A DNA stretch of 64,000 bases from Alphaproteobacteria bacterium (GTDB lineage Bacteria > Pseudomonadota > Alphaproteobacteria > UBA6615): assembly GCA_038131445.1 (NCBI GenBank), contig JAYPPL010000009.1, positions 20,221 through 84,220 on the forward strand. The letters run 5' to 3'. Each line of letters begins with the position of its first letter. The first letter of the stretch is position 1. Position numbers and translations under genes: made by a program. The notes beneath the pieces were generated by a model. The model saw only the letters and a program-made list of their open reading frames with translations. It did no database searches and was not told where the DNA came from. Positions 18,740 to 31,561 of this stretch are shown here, piece after piece.

Positions 18740-19245
18740 TCGAACACCTCCTTCAGGCGGGTCTCGTAACGCGACTTGATCTGTTCAACAGTAGCTTCGC
18801 CGTCTTCTACGTCTAGGCAATGCACAAGGATCGACCGGGCGTCAGCTGAAAGGTCTGCGGACACGGTTCCTGGGGTCATCGTGATCGTTCCGGCTAGGAT
18901 CGTGATCGCCTCGGGCGTACGAATGTCCAGTGGGATGCTGATCCAACGCGAGCGCATGCTCGCGTTCCGGCGTGACAAAATAATCCAGGCGACCTCAATG
19001 TTCGCCACCACAATGTCCCACAGTACGATGAAGACGTACTCGATCGCAGCACGATAGTTACGAATCCGGACCCGGTCCGGCCAGAACGCGGTGGTGAAAG
19101 CTGACAACGCCATGCCCATAATCAAACCAAGAACAAGCCCGCCGATCGAAAAATCGTTCAGCAGCAACATCCACACAGCAGTCAGCACGACGGTCAGGAA
19201 CGGATGCGGCAATATACGTTTGATCATGGTTCGTGACCTCGTCAT
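18736..19245 (-). CDS. mnhE: Monovalent cation/H+ antiporter subunit E
   Basis: 169 aa; overlaps neighbours by 4 nt (translational coupling); MnhE-like sequence. Confidence 0.75.
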   Translation of the reverse strand: MTRSRTMIKRILPHPFLTVVLTAVWMLLLNDFSIGGLVLGLIMGMALSAFTTAFWPDRVRIRNYRAAIEYVFIVLWDIVVANIEVAWIILSRRNASMRSRWISIPLDIRTPEAITILAGTITMTPGTVSADLSADARSILVHCLDVEDGEATVEQIKSRYETRLKEVFE

Positions 19246-20772
19246 CGCACCGTCCCACTGCGCTCGCCGAGAACCGAGGCAATGTAGGCTGAGGAATCGA
19301 ACAACTGCGCCGCTGTTGCATCGAGATAGATCCCGATCTGACCCGCAAACCCCGTTAGCGCAACTGTGCCCATCACCAATAAACCTGCGGCAGCCATTGC
19401 GAAGATACCATGCGCCGGCATCGGCGCGTCCACCGTGTCATCGCTCGCCGCCGTTTTCCAAAACAACCGACTGCCTGCGCGCGCAAAACCGATTGTGGCG
19501 ATCAGGGACGTCGTCAGGATAACGGCCCAGATCCAGGTGACGGCCTCAGCGTCGCGTGCGCTATCAAGAATCAGCAGCTTGGCGAGGAACCCCGACAGAG
19601 GCGGCAATCCAACCATTGCGATCGCAGCGAGAAAGAATAGCCCGGACAGCAGCTCGGAATTGCGGAACCTGCGCGATACCACAATCGCGTCACCATCCGG
19701 CCCGCGGCGTTCGGCGATCAGGCCCGTAATCATGAACAGCGCAGCACCGGCCACCGTCGAGTGCAGCAGGTAATAGAGCGCCGCCGACATCGCCTCGGAC
19801 GTGAACAGGGACACGGCAATAAGCAATGTGCCCATCGACCCGACAACCGAATACGAAACCATCCGACCCAGCGTGCGTGCAGAGATAACGCCCACCATCC
19901 CCACGGCAAGGGTAACGATGGCAACCGGCATAAGCCAGGGCTCCGCAAACCATGCCGCCTCACCTGCGTCACCGCCGAACACCAGCGTGTAGATGCGGAT
20001 GATTGAATACGCACCCACCTTGGTCATGATCGCAAACAGCGCCGCAACGGGCGCCATCGCCGCTGCGTAGGTGCCAGTCAGCCAGAAATGAACCGGGACA
20101 AGAGCCGCCTTGATGGCGAAAACTAGCAACAGGAGCGCCGCTCCGGCGTGCAGTAAAGCAGAGTCGCCGGGCTCGACCTGCGGCACCTTCACCGCAAGAT
20201 CCGCCATGTTGAGCGTCCCGGTTACTGCGTAGATTAGCCCCACAGCGAACAAGAAGAGCGTAGAACCAAGAAGGTTTACCGCAACGTACTGGAACCCCGC
20301 CTTTAGGCGCTCTGCGCCGCCGCCATGCAACATCAGCCCGTATGAGGCAATGAGTAGAACTTCAAAAAATACGAACAGGTTGAAAACGTCGCCAGTCAGA
20401 AATGCCCCGTTCAATCCCATCAACTCGAACTGAAAAAGTGCGTGGAAATGGCGCCCGCGCCCATCCCAGCCGGACGCGGCATAAAGAAGGACGATCAAAG
20501 CCAGCGCCGCAGTCAGAATAACCATGAGCGCTGACAGCCGGTCGAGTACGAGGACGATCCCGAAAGGCGCCGGCCAGTTGCCCAGTTCATAGACCTCCGG
20601 CGCGCCTGATGCTGCTCGCGATGCCGAGGGCAATCGCGACCACAAGGACAATCGCTGACGATACGAACGAAAGCGTGCGTGCGAGCACAAGGTCGTTGCG
20701 CGTGAACATGATAATCAACGGCGCAACAAGCGCCGGCAGCACGATCGGGACGATGATCCAGTGACCCATCAC
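19242..20772 (-). pseudogene. mnhD: Monovalent cation/H+ antiporter subunit D (NuoN/M-like) with an apparent frameshift near 20600-20640
   Basis: N-terminal 55 aa (MMGHWIIVPIVLPALVAPLIIMF...SAIVLVVAIALGIAS) are in ORF 20587..20772; the rest (...APEVYELGNWPAPFGIVLVLDRLSALMV...) is in ORF 19242..20690 in another frame; ATG overlaps the mnhC stop. Confidence 0.6.
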
Positions 20773-21116
20773 GAACCTGCCTTCGTATCGTCGATGGAAG
20801 TCCCGTCAACATGATCGGAACCAATCTCGAGATAGGAGCGCAACGCGAGCACCACGATTAGTGCGGTCATGCCGAAAGAAATTACGATCGCGGTAAGCAC
20901 AAGCGCCTGTGGAAGCGGGTCCGTATAGGTCTCCACTCCCTTCTGAAGGATCGGTGGCGCATCAACAATTAGCCGTCCCATCGAGAACAAGAACACGTTC
21001 ACAGCGTAGGACAGGAGTGCCAGTCCCAACACGACGGGGAACGTATGAGCACGCAGAAGAAGATAGACTCCAGCCGCGGTTAGCAGACCGATGGAGGATG
21101 CGACGAAGATCTCCAT
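20769..21116 (-). CDS. mnhC: Monovalent cation/H+ antiporter subunit C (NuoK-like)
   Basis: 115 aa, 3 TM, typical MnhC sequence. Confidence 0.8.
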   Translation of the reverse strand: MEIFVASSIGLLTAAGVYLLLRAHTFPVVLGLALLSYAVNVFLFSMGRLIVDAPPILQKGVETYTDPLPQALVLTAIVISFGMTALIVVLALRSYLEIGSDHVDGTSIDDTKAGS

Positions 21117-21118
21117 TA

Positions 21119-23986
21119 TCAGCGCTCCTCGCGACCTGTTGAATTGTCGGCGATGTCACGCGACGGATCGAAATCCATTGGGTCCGTCTGCTCGAAATGT
21201 GGTTCCGCCATGTTTCCAACCCGTGACATGCGGGCCAGTGCGAGCATGACGGCGCCGACGACAGTCAGCAGCACTCCAACATCGAATGCCATAGCTGTCG
21301 CCAGTTCAAACTCGCCGACAACCGGCAGGTGCACATAACCGAAATCGCTGGTGAGGAAAGGCCGTCCTGCGAACCACGCCCCGAACCCTGTCACGGCCGC
21401 AATCAGGACACCGGCAGCGACGAAGGAGTGATAGTCCCCCTTCACCTTTTCATGTGACCAATCAAAGCCGGACGCCATGTACTGCATGAGGAAGGCAATC
21501 GCGACAATCAGGCCGGCAATGAAACCACCGCCGGGCTCGTTGTGCCCCCGCAGGAATATGTAGGCAGCGACCATAAGACCGAGGGGCAGGATGACCCGCG
21601 TGGCAACAACCATCATTAAGGGATGATGATCAAGCGAGCGCCGCTGGTCCGGTTTCCAGCCGCGGAGCCGGCGTCCCGATACCCCTTGCCCGACATTGTC
21701 GATCAGGGCAACGATCCCGAGTGCGGCAATACCCAGCACAATGATCTCGCCGAAAGTATCGAAGCCTCGGAAATCCACTAGAATGACGTTGACGACGTTG
21801 GTTCCCCCACCGCCGGAGTACGAGTTTGCTAGGTGGAAATCGGAGATCGAGGAAAAACCCCGGGTCATGACCGCATAAGCCGCACCGCCAATGCCCAAAC
21901 CGGCCACAGTCGCCACTAGTCCATCACGAACACGCCGAGACAGCCCAGACGTTTCTGGGGTTTGCTTGGGCAGCAGGTTCAACGCCAGAAGCATCAGGAT
22001 GATGGTGACAACCTCCACCGATATCTGCGTGAGCGCCAGATCCGGGGCGGAAAAGTACACAAAGCCGACCGAAACTATCAGGCCGACAACACCGATAAGA
22101 ATCAGGGCTAGGAAACGGAAACGATGCAGCCAAACGACGCCCAGCACGGCGACAACCAGTAAACTCCACATCGCCAGCGCAACCGGCGACAACGGCAGCA
22201 TGTCCCTCTCACCCGGCGAGTACCCCGCAGATAAAAATGCAGCGGCAGCAAAGGCGACGGAAACAACCACCGCGATCACAAGCATGCGTTGCAGCGAGCC
22301 GTTATGGATGTTGTCCGTGACGGATCGTGCCAACGCGATGACGCGGGCCAGAACGACATCTTCGAATATGGTCTTCGCTTCCGGCCGCGGCACGCGCAAA
22401 CGCCAGTGATTTGCGGCTTCATGCTGAACCAGAAGTGTAATGCCGCCGACGATCGCGATCGCGCTCATTGCCAGCGCAGGCGTGAACCCGTGCCAGAGCG
22501 AGAGATAGTAGTCGGGAAGCGGACTGCCAATGACAGCGCCAGCGGATGCGGCGACAAGCGGTCCAGCGACAAGAGCCGGTGCAAGCCCGATGCACACAAC
22601 CAGCACCACCAGTAGACCCGGTGACAGCCACATACCAAACGGCGGATCGTGCGGTGGCTTCGGGTAGACCTCAGGGCGCGGACCAAAGAAAACATGGAAG
22701 ATGTATCGGAATGAATACGCCACGGAAAAAAGCGCCCCGACCGTTGCGCCGATGGCCATCAGCCAGGGCGTACCGGCCCAGATAGTGTGGGCAGCTTCCT
22801 CCAGCATCATCTCCTTCGAGATGAACCCGTTTAGTGGCGGTACACCCGCCATCGAGGCCGCAGCAACCGTCGCAAGCGTGGCCGTAATCGGCATCAGCGC
22901 GGCCAAGCCGCCGAGTTGCCTGGCGTTTCGCGTGCCGACCTCGTGATCAACAATTCCGGCGGTCATGAACAGCGCAGCCTTAAAAGTCGCGTGGTTTATG
23001 ACGTGAAACACCGCAACGACAGCTGCCATCGGCGTTCCAAAACCGAGCAGCATGACAATCAGTCCCAGATGGCTGACTGTCGAAAACGCCAGCAGTTGCT
23101 TCAGATCGTCCTTGAACAGCGCGATCCACGCGGCCATGACCATGGTCACGAGCCCCGCGGTTCCCACTAGGTAAAACCAGGCTTCAGTCCCCGCCAGTGC
23201 TGGCCAAAGCCGTGCCAGCAGGAAAAGGCCCGCCTTTACCATGGTTGCCGAGTGCAGGTACGCGGAAACCGGCGTCGGCGCAGACATTGCGTGCGGTAGC
23301 CAGAAATGGAACGGGAACTGCGCGGATTTCGTGAAGCAGCCGAGCAGAATTAACAAGAGCGCCGGCACATAAAGCGGATGTGCCTGGATTTCCTTACCGG
23401 AGGCAAGGATATCGGTCAGTGCGTAAGAGCCGGCGATATCGCCGAGTATTAGTACACCACCGATCAGCGAAAGCCCTCCTGCCCCCGTCACGATCAACGC
23501 CATGCGCGCGCCCTGACGCGCCTCGGGCAGATGCCGCCAAAAACCGATCAGAAGGAATGAGGAAAGGCTCGTAAGCTCCCAAAAAACAAGAAGAAGTAAC
23601 ATGTTTTCCGAGAGCACGATCCCAACCATCGCACCCTGGAAAAGTAGAAGATAGGAGAAAAACCGGCCAGCGGGATCGCGCTGAGAAAGGTAGTAATGCG
23701 CGTAGATGATGATCAGGAGGCCAATGCCGAGAATCAGACCAGCAAACAACAGGCCGAGACCGTCAATGAAGAAAGCTATGTTCAGCCCGAGTTGAGGCAG
23801 CCAGACCCAACTGATCTGGATAATTTCGCCTCCAAGGACGGCTGGCGCCTTGCTCAGGAGCAGCGTTAAAGAAGCAAGCGTCGATAGCCCGGCGACAAAT
23901 GCTGCTGCTGCCCTGCTATGACGAACAAAGAGTGGAGGCAGTAGCGCTCCCACAAACGGAATCATCACAATAAGTGCAAGCTGCAT
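21119..23986 (-). CDS. mnhA: Monovalent cation/H+ antiporter fused subunit A/B (NuoL-like plus MnhB domain)
   Basis: 955 aa polytopic protein; NuoL-like proton-pumping module and C-terminal MnhB-like domain, as in alphaproteobacterial PhaAB. Confidence 0.85.
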   Translation of the reverse strand: MQLALIVMIPFVGALLPPLFVRHSRAAAAFVAGLSTLASLTLLLSKAPAVLGGEIIQISWVWLPQLGLNIAFFIDGLGLLFAGLILGIGLLIIIYAHYYLSQRDPAGRFFSYLLLFQGAMVGIVLSENMLLLLVFWELTSLSSFLLIGFWRHLPEARQGARMALIVTGAGGLSLIGGVLILGDIAGSYALTDILASGKEIQAHPLYVPALLLILLGCFTKSAQFPFHFWLPHAMSAPTPVSAYLHSATMVKAGLFLLARLWPALAGTEAWFYLVGTAGLVTMVMAAWIALFKDDLKQLLAFSTVSHLGLIVMLLGFGTPMAAVVAVFHVINHATFKAALFMTAGIVDHEVGTRNARQLGGLAALMPITATLATVAAASMAGVPPLNGFISKEMMLEEAAHTIWAGTPWLMAIGATVGALFSVAYSFRYIFHVFFGPRPEVYPKPPHDPPFGMWLSPGLLVVLVVCIGLAPALVAGPLVAASAGAVIGSPLPDYYLSLWHGFTPALAMSAIAIVGGITLLVQHEAANHWRLRVPRPEAKTIFEDVVLARVIALARSVTDNIHNGSLQRMLVIAVVVSVAFAAAAFLSAGYSPGERDMLPLSPVALAMWSLLVVAVLGVVWLHRFRFLALILIGVVGLIVSVGFVYFSAPDLALTQISVEVVTIILMLLALNLLPKQTPETSGLSRRVRDGLVATVAGLGIGGAAYAVMTRGFSSISDFHLANSYSGGGGTNVVNVILVDFRGFDTFGEIIVLGIAALGIVALIDNVGQGVSGRRLRGWKPDQRRSLDHHPLMMVVATRVILPLGLMVAAYIFLRGHNEPGGGFIAGLIVAIAFLMQYMASGFDWSHEKVKGDYHSFVAAGVLIAAVTGFGAWFAGRPFLTSDFGYVHLPVVGEFELATAMAFDVGVLLTVVGAVMLALARMSRVGNMAEPHFEQTDPMDFDPSRDIADNSTGREER

Positions 23987-24327
23987 GCTGATAAGCTTGT
24001 CTAAGAAAAAGCCGGGAGGTCCGGAGGAATAGCAAAATTAACGTCCACTGCCCTGCGGTCAACCCCTATGGGGAAGCTGTCGAATGTTTATTCTGGCAAG
24101 ACCGGGCAGTTCCTAGATTTGCGCCTATCACGATCGCCTTATGCAGCAATAATCGCAGTCCTTTTCTGCATCCTCGCTCATTGCAAATGAAATTTAAGTC
24201 GCGCCGACTACATGGTGCAGCCGCCAGCTTAGACTGGCGATCGCAGGAAAACGTGCCAGCTTGCCGCTCCCCGGTGCGCGAACTATGTTGCGTTTACGAA
24301 TAACCCCAGCACTGAAGGTCAGTCGCC

Positions 24328-24957
24328 ATGGAAATGTCAGGCGAATACAAAATCAATGCATCCCGCGAAAAGGTTTGGGCGGCACTGAACGATCCGGAAA
24401 TCCTTAAGCAGTCTATCCCTGGCTGCGAACAGATTGAGCAACAGTCAGAAACCGAGATGACCGCGCAGGTGACGGCCAAGGTGGGCCCGGTTAAGGCGAA
24501 ATTCTCGGGTGCCGTACAGCTGACCGACCTCGATCCGCCGAAGAGCTACCGGATTTCCGGCGAGGGTAAGGGCGGCGCGGCCGGTTTTGCCAAGGGCGGC
24601 GCAAACGTTATGCTGGAAGAAGACGGTGCAGGCACAGTGCTGAAGTATGAAGTCGATGCGCAGGTGGGCGGAAAGCTGGCCCAGCTCGGCGCACGCCTGA
24701 TCGACGGCACCGCGAAGAAGATGGCTTCCCAATTCTTCGAGAACTTCGCGGCCGCGGTCGAGGCCGGCGGTGACGCGGACAGCGCGGATGCCGTCAGCGC
24801 CCCTGCAGCCGAACCGCCGGCTGCTGCCCCCGCACCGCAGTCTGCGCCTGCGGTATCTGCAGCCAACACTTCAGCGTTGGCCCAGGTCGGTGCCGGCACC
24901 TGGATCGTGGGTGCGATTGTAGCGATTGTCGTGATTGTGTCGCTAGCGAGCCAGTAA
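24328..24957 (+). CDS. coxG: CoxG-like SRPBCC protein with C-terminal TM anchor
   Basis: 209 aa; MSGEYKINASREKVWAALNDPEILKQSIPGCE... (CoxG/SRPBCC), Ala/Pro-rich linker, C-terminal TM helix. Confidence 0.75.
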   Translation: MEMSGEYKINASREKVWAALNDPEILKQSIPGCEQIEQQSETEMTAQVTAKVGPVKAKFSGAVQLTDLDPPKSYRISGEGKGGAAGFAKGGANVMLEEDGAGTVLKYEVDAQVGGKLAQLGARLIDGTAKKMASQFFENFAAAVEAGGDADSADAVSAPAAEPPAAAPAPQSAPAVSAANTSALAQVGAGTWIVGAIVAIVVIVSLASQ

Positions 24958-25115
24958 GCAATTCTGAAAATCAACGTTTTTTCGCTATCGCGAACCTTGA
25001 CGGCAAGAGACGCACGGAAGAAACTCCGGTGTCTTTTGAACGTTTAGTTGACCGCACCGAAAACGGTGCGGCGGGGGACAGCCTCTAAGGGGCGCCCATA
25101 TCAGGGAGGAGTGTT

Positions 25116-25583
25116 ATGCCCACCGTATCCATGACGGTGAACGGAAAGTCCGTCTCGGCCGATGTCGAGCCGCGGACCTTGCTCGTTCAATACCTTCGCG
25201 AAAGTCTCGGTCTCACCGGCACGCATGTCGGCTGCGACACGAGCCAGTGCGGCGCCTGCGTCGTCCACATGAACGGCGAATCTCTGAAGTCGTGCACCAT
25301 CCTAGCGGCGCAGGCGGAAGGCGCCGACGTGACGACCATCGAAGGGCTGGCCGACGGCGACACTCTGCATCCGATGCAGGAAGCCTTCCGCGAGAACCAT
25401 GGACTCCAGTGCGGTTTCTGTACCCCGGGCATGGTGATGAGTGCGCTGGATCTAGTAAAGCAGAACCCTAACCCTACCGAGAAAGACGTCCGCGAATGGC
25501 TGGAGGGTAACCTCTGCCGCTGCACCGGCTACCACAATATAGTCAAGTCCATCCTGGCGGGCGCGGAAGCCCTTCGGGGATAG
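25116..25583 (+). CDS. coxS: Aerobic CO dehydrogenase/xanthine dehydrogenase-family small subunit (2Fe-2S)
   Basis: 155 aa; [15 protein letters not shown] and [11 protein letters not shown]...CRCTGY motifs for two [2Fe-2S] clusters. Confidence 0.85.
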   Translation: MPTVSMTVNGKSVSADVEPRTLLVQYLRESLGLTGTHVGCDTSQCGACVVHMNGESLKSCTILAAQAEGADVTTIEGLADGDTLHPMQEAFRENHGLQCGFCTPGMVMSALDLVKQNPNPTEKDVREWLEGNLCRCTGYHNIVKSILAGAEALRG

Positions 25584-25587
25584 CGAC

Positions 25588-27966
<2,379 letters not shown>

Positions 27967-27988
27967 CGTCTGGCGAGGGAGGAACAAC

Positions 27989-28786
27989 ATGTACCAGTTC
28001 AATTACACGAAGGCGGGCTCGCAGGACGACGCCATTAGCGCAGCTGGCTCAGCCGAGGACCCTAAATTCCTCGCTGGCGGCATGACACTGATCCCGACGC
28101 TGAAGCAGCGCCTGGCCCAACCTTCTGACCTAATCGACCTGGCTGGCATCGACGGCATGGTCGGCATCACCGACAACGGGGACTCGATCACCATCGGCGC
28201 CATGACCCGGCATGTGGACGTTGCCAACTCCGATTTGGTGAAAAATAAGATTCCTGCACTGGCCTCACTGGCCAGCCATATCGGAGACCCGCAGGTTCGT
28301 AACCGTGGCACCATCGGCGGTTCCATCGCGAACAACGACCCGGCGGCTGACTACCCTGCCGCCGTCCTCGGCCTGAATGCAACGATCGTCACCAACAAGC
28401 GCGAGATCGCCGCTGACGACTTCTTCGACGGCCTGTTCACTACGGCTCTGGAAGAAGACGAGTTGCTCACCGCGGTGAAGTTCCCGGTTGCCGATAAGGC
28501 GGGCTACGCCAAGTTCCCGAACCCCGCCTCGCGCTACGCGCTGGTGGGCGTGATGGTCGCACAGACCGGTGGCGAGACCCGCGTGGCCGTGACCGGCGCC
28601 AGCCAGGATGGCGTGTTTCGCGCCAGCGATATCGAGAGCGCGCTTTCTGGCAACTGGAGCGCCGATGCGGCCAAGGGCGTGAAGATGTCTGATGACGGAC
28701 TCAACACCGATATTCACGCTTCGGCGGAATACCGCGCCCACCTTATTTCGGTTATGGCTAGCCGCGCGGTAACCGCCGCCGGCTGA
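27989..28786 (+). CDS. coxM: FAD-binding medium subunit
   Basis: ATG at 27989 preceded by gagggagga; MYQFNYTKAGSQDDAISAAG...KFLAGGMTLIPTLKQRL... FAD-binding PCMH fold. Confidence 0.8.
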   Translation: MYQFNYTKAGSQDDAISAAGSAEDPKFLAGGMTLIPTLKQRLAQPSDLIDLAGIDGMVGITDNGDSITIGAMTRHVDVANSDLVKNKIPALASLASHIGDPQVRNRGTIGGSIANNDPAADYPAAVLGLNATIVTNKREIAADDFFDGLFTTALEEDELLTAVKFPVADKAGYAKFPNPASRYALVGVMVAQTGGETRVAVTGASQDGVFRASDIESALSGNWSADAAKGVKMSDDGLNTDIHASAEYRAHLISVMASRAVTAAG

Positions 28787-28906
28787 TCCTCGGTCTCATC
28801 CACGGAATTCCGACGGCCGGGGCTTCGCTCCGGCCGTTGCCGTTCCTCGGCTTGGCCGTGTCGGCACGGTTGGGCTATATCAACGACGGCATTGGGATAT
28901 TAGGTA

Positions 28907-29896
28907 ATGTCCTATCGTGCACGAAACCAACCGCGTCGAAATCCGAGACTCCCACACAGGCGATTTGACTTGAGCAATACTCCCGAAAACGTCGAAGCCA
29001 CTCTCGAACTGCTGGCCGCCGGCAACTACGTATCGGACCGCAGCCTGTCCACGGCGGTCTATCTGTCGCTCAAGCTTGGCCGTCCGCTCTTCCTGGAGGG
29101 GGAGGCCGGCGTCGGCAAGACGGAGATCGCCAAGGTCTTGTCCGAGACGCTTGGCCGCAAGCTGGTGCGTCTGCAGTGCTACGAGGGCCTCGACGTTGCC
29201 TCTGCGGTCTATGAGTGGAACTACTCGGCTCAGATGATCGAGATACGCATGGCCGAAGCGGAAGGTATCAGTGACCGCGACAGGCTGGGCGATGACATTT
29301 TCTCCGACCGCTTCCTGATCCGCCGCCCCCTACTCCAGGCTCTTCAACCTTCCGCCGAAGGCCCGCCGGTTCTGCTGATCGACGAACTGGACCGCACCGA
29401 CGAGGCATTCGAGGCCTATCTGCTGGAGGTCCTGTCGGATTTCCAGGTGACGATCCCCGAAATCGGCACCATTAGCGCTGACAACCCGCCAATTGTAATC
29501 ATCACGTCCAACCGAACGCGCGAAATTCATGACGCCCTAAAGCGCCGCTGTTTCTATTACTGGGTGGACTATCCCAACGCCGCACGTGAACTGGAAATTC
29601 TGTCGCTCAAGGCGCCCCAAGCGGACGCACGCTTGTCTAAACAGGTGGTAGAGTTCGTCCAGCATCTGCGCAAGCTGGATCTGTTCAAGGTTCCTGGTAT
29701 CGCGGAGACGATCGACTGGGCCTCCGCACTGCATCAGCTGGACATTATTGAACTGACACCGGAAGCAATCGACGACACGCTTGGGGTACTCCTGAAGTAT
29801 CAAGACGATATCGCCAAGATCCGCGGGAGCGAAGCGGCCAAGATTCTCGACGAGGTGAAGAGCGAGATCGCGTCGGCGCAGCGCGCCTCGGGCTGA
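28907..29896 (+). CDS. coxD: MoxR-family AAA+ ATPase (CoxD)
   Basis: Walker A GEAGVGKTE, Walker B LLIDELDR, MoxR-like. Confidence 0.8.
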   Translation: MSYRARNQPRRNPRLPHRRFDLSNTPENVEATLELLAAGNYVSDRSLSTAVYLSLKLGRPLFLEGEAGVGKTEIAKVLSETLGRKLVRLQCYEGLDVASAVYEWNYSAQMIEIRMAEAEGISDRDRLGDDIFSDRFLIRRPLLQALQPSAEGPPVLLIDELDRTDEAFEAYLLEVLSDFQVTIPEIGTISADNPPIVIITSNRTREIHDALKRRCFYYWVDYPNAARELEILSLKAPQADARLSKQVVEFVQHLRKLDLFKVPGIAETIDWASALHQLDIIELTPEAIDDTLGVLLKYQDDIAKIRGSEAAKILDEVKSEIASAQRASG

Positions 29897-29902
29897 ACCT
29901 CC

Positions 29903-31207
29903 ATGTCGGAAAAGGCCATACCCGACGAAGCCCGTCCGGCGCTCAAGGCGAAGGCCGCCCTCGACGCCATCGGCGAGGCCGAGTTCGGCGACGCCGGCAA
30001 GATCGCTACAAATATCATGCATTTTGGCCGGGTCCTGCGTTCGGCGGGTCTGCCCGTCGGCCCCGGCAAGGTCATCGAGGCGATCAACGCGATAGAGACC
30101 GTCGGCGTCCAAAACCGCGACGACTTCTACTGGACGCTGCACGCCGTGCTCGTGAACCGGCGCGATCAACGCGAGATTTTCGATCAGGCTTTCCACGTCT
30201 TCTGGCGCAATCCGAAGCTGCTCGAACGCATGCAGCAGCTTGTCCTTCCCTCCTTCGTGGACCCAGACGCCCAGCAGCACGCCGAGGAGATGAACCGGCG
30301 CCTCGCCGAGGCCCTGAAGAAAGAAGCCGAGATACCCGGCGACGGCGAAGGTGATCAGGATAACGAAGACCCCGATGTGACCGTCGACGCGGTCATGACC
30401 TGGTCCGCCAACGAGGTTTTGCAACACACCGACTTCGAAAAAATGTCGAAGGAGGAACTGGAGATGGCCAAGCGCGCCATCGCCCATATGCGCCTGCCGA
30501 TTATGGAAGTGCCAACGCGCCGCTACCACCGGGACCGCAACGGCCGCCGGATCGACATGCGCGCCACCCTGCGTGCGGCACTCCGCGGCGGCGGGGCCTC
30601 CATCCCGCTTCAATACCGAAAACGCAAGCGGCGCCACCCGCCGCTTGTGGTGCTGTGCGATATCTCGGGTTCCATGAGCCGGTATTCGCGCATGGTGCTG
30701 CACTTCATGCACGCGATCACCAACGACCGCGACCGGGTCCACACTTTCCTGTTCGGCACGCGGCTAACCAACGTCACGCGCCAGCTTCGCTACAAGGACG
30801 TGGACGAAGCGCTCGATAAGGTGTCGGAGGCCGTCGATGACTGGTCGGGCGGAACGCGCATCGGCCATTCCTTGCACGATTTCAACACCAACTGGTCGCG
30901 CCGCGTGCTCGGCCAGGGTGCGGTCGTGCTGTTCATCAGCGACGGACTGGACCGCGACGCGGCCGACGGCCTAGAGAAAGAAATCGAGCGCCTGCACATG
31001 AGCTGCCGCCGCTTGATCTGGCTGAACCCGCTCTTACGTTATGACCGTTACGAGCCCAAGTCGCTCGGGGCGCAGGCACTGTTGCCGCATGTCGATGATT
31101 TCCGCTCGATCCACAATCTCGAAAGCCTGGACCAGCTGGCCAAGGTGTTGACCGATCCCGCACCCCAGACCGGCCGCTGGGCCCGCCCTGCGTTGGAGGC
31201 AGCATAA
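29903..31207 (+). CDS. coxE: VWA-domain protein (CoxE)
   Basis: 434 aa; C-terminal vWA with MIDAS-like DISGSMS; typical partner of CoxD. Confidence 0.8.
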   Translation: MSEKAIPDEARPALKAKAALDAIGEAEFGDAGKIATNIMHFGRVLRSAGLPVGPGKVIEAINAIETVGVQNRDDFYWTLHAVLVNRRDQREIFDQAFHVFWRNPKLLERMQQLVLPSFVDPDAQQHAEEMNRRLAEALKKEAEIPGDGEGDQDNEDPDVTVDAVMTWSANEVLQHTDFEKMSKEELEMAKRAIAHMRLPIMEVPTRRYHRDRNGRRIDMRATLRAALRGGGASIPLQYRKRKRRHPPLVVLCDISGSMSRYSRMVLHFMHAITNDRDRVHTFLFGTRLTNVTRQLRYKDVDEALDKVSEAVDDWSGGTRIGHSLHDFNTNWSRRVLGQGAVVLFISDGLDRDAADGLEKEIERLHMSCRRLIWLNPLLRYDRYEPKSLGAQALLPHVDDFRSIHNLESLDQLAKVLTDPAPQTGRWARPALEAA

Positions 31208-31554
31208 TGAGCCAGACACCTTCCGATATTCAGGCCTTTGATCACGACGATGTCGTCGAGCAGGCCGCTGGCTGGCGCAAGTCCGGCAAGGATGTTGCTA
31301 TCGCCACGGTGGTCAGCACCTGGGGCTCCTCCCCGCGCCCAACGGGAAGCCAACTTGCCGTAGATCAGGACGGCAACATGGTTGGTTCTGTCTCCGGCGG
31401 CTGCATCGAGGGCGCGGTCATACACGAGGCGCGCGAGGTAATGAAAGACGGAAAGCCTCGCCTGCTCGACTTCGGCGTCACCGATGAAATGGCCTGGGAG
31501 GTCGGCCTTGCTTGCGGCGGCAAGGTCGAGGTCTGGGTCGAACGTCTCGACTGA
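31207..31554 (+). CDS. coxF: XdhC/CoxI-family N-terminal domain protein (stand-alone)
   Basis: 115 aa; VSTWGSSPRPTGSQLAVDQDGNMVGSVSGGCIEGAV matches the XdhC_CoxI N-domain; ends at a TGA, 8 nt before the next ORF in a different frame. Confidence 0.65.
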   Translation: MSQTPSDIQAFDHDDVVEQAAGWRKSGKDVAIATVVSTWGSSPRPTGSQLAVDQDGNMVGSVSGGCIEGAVIHEAREVMKDGKPRLLDFGVTDEMAWEVGLACGGKVEVWVERLD

Positions 31555-31561
31555 GGAAATC

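Noticed and set aside
25053-25071. Short hairpin CCGCACC-gaaaac-GGTGCGG between coxG and coxS
   Set aside because: Only a 7-bp stem with no T-tract; likely fortuitous or a minor mRNA structure.
29537-30742. 401-aa minus-strand ORF
   Set aside because: Antisense to coxD/coxE, which have strong motif support; spurious.
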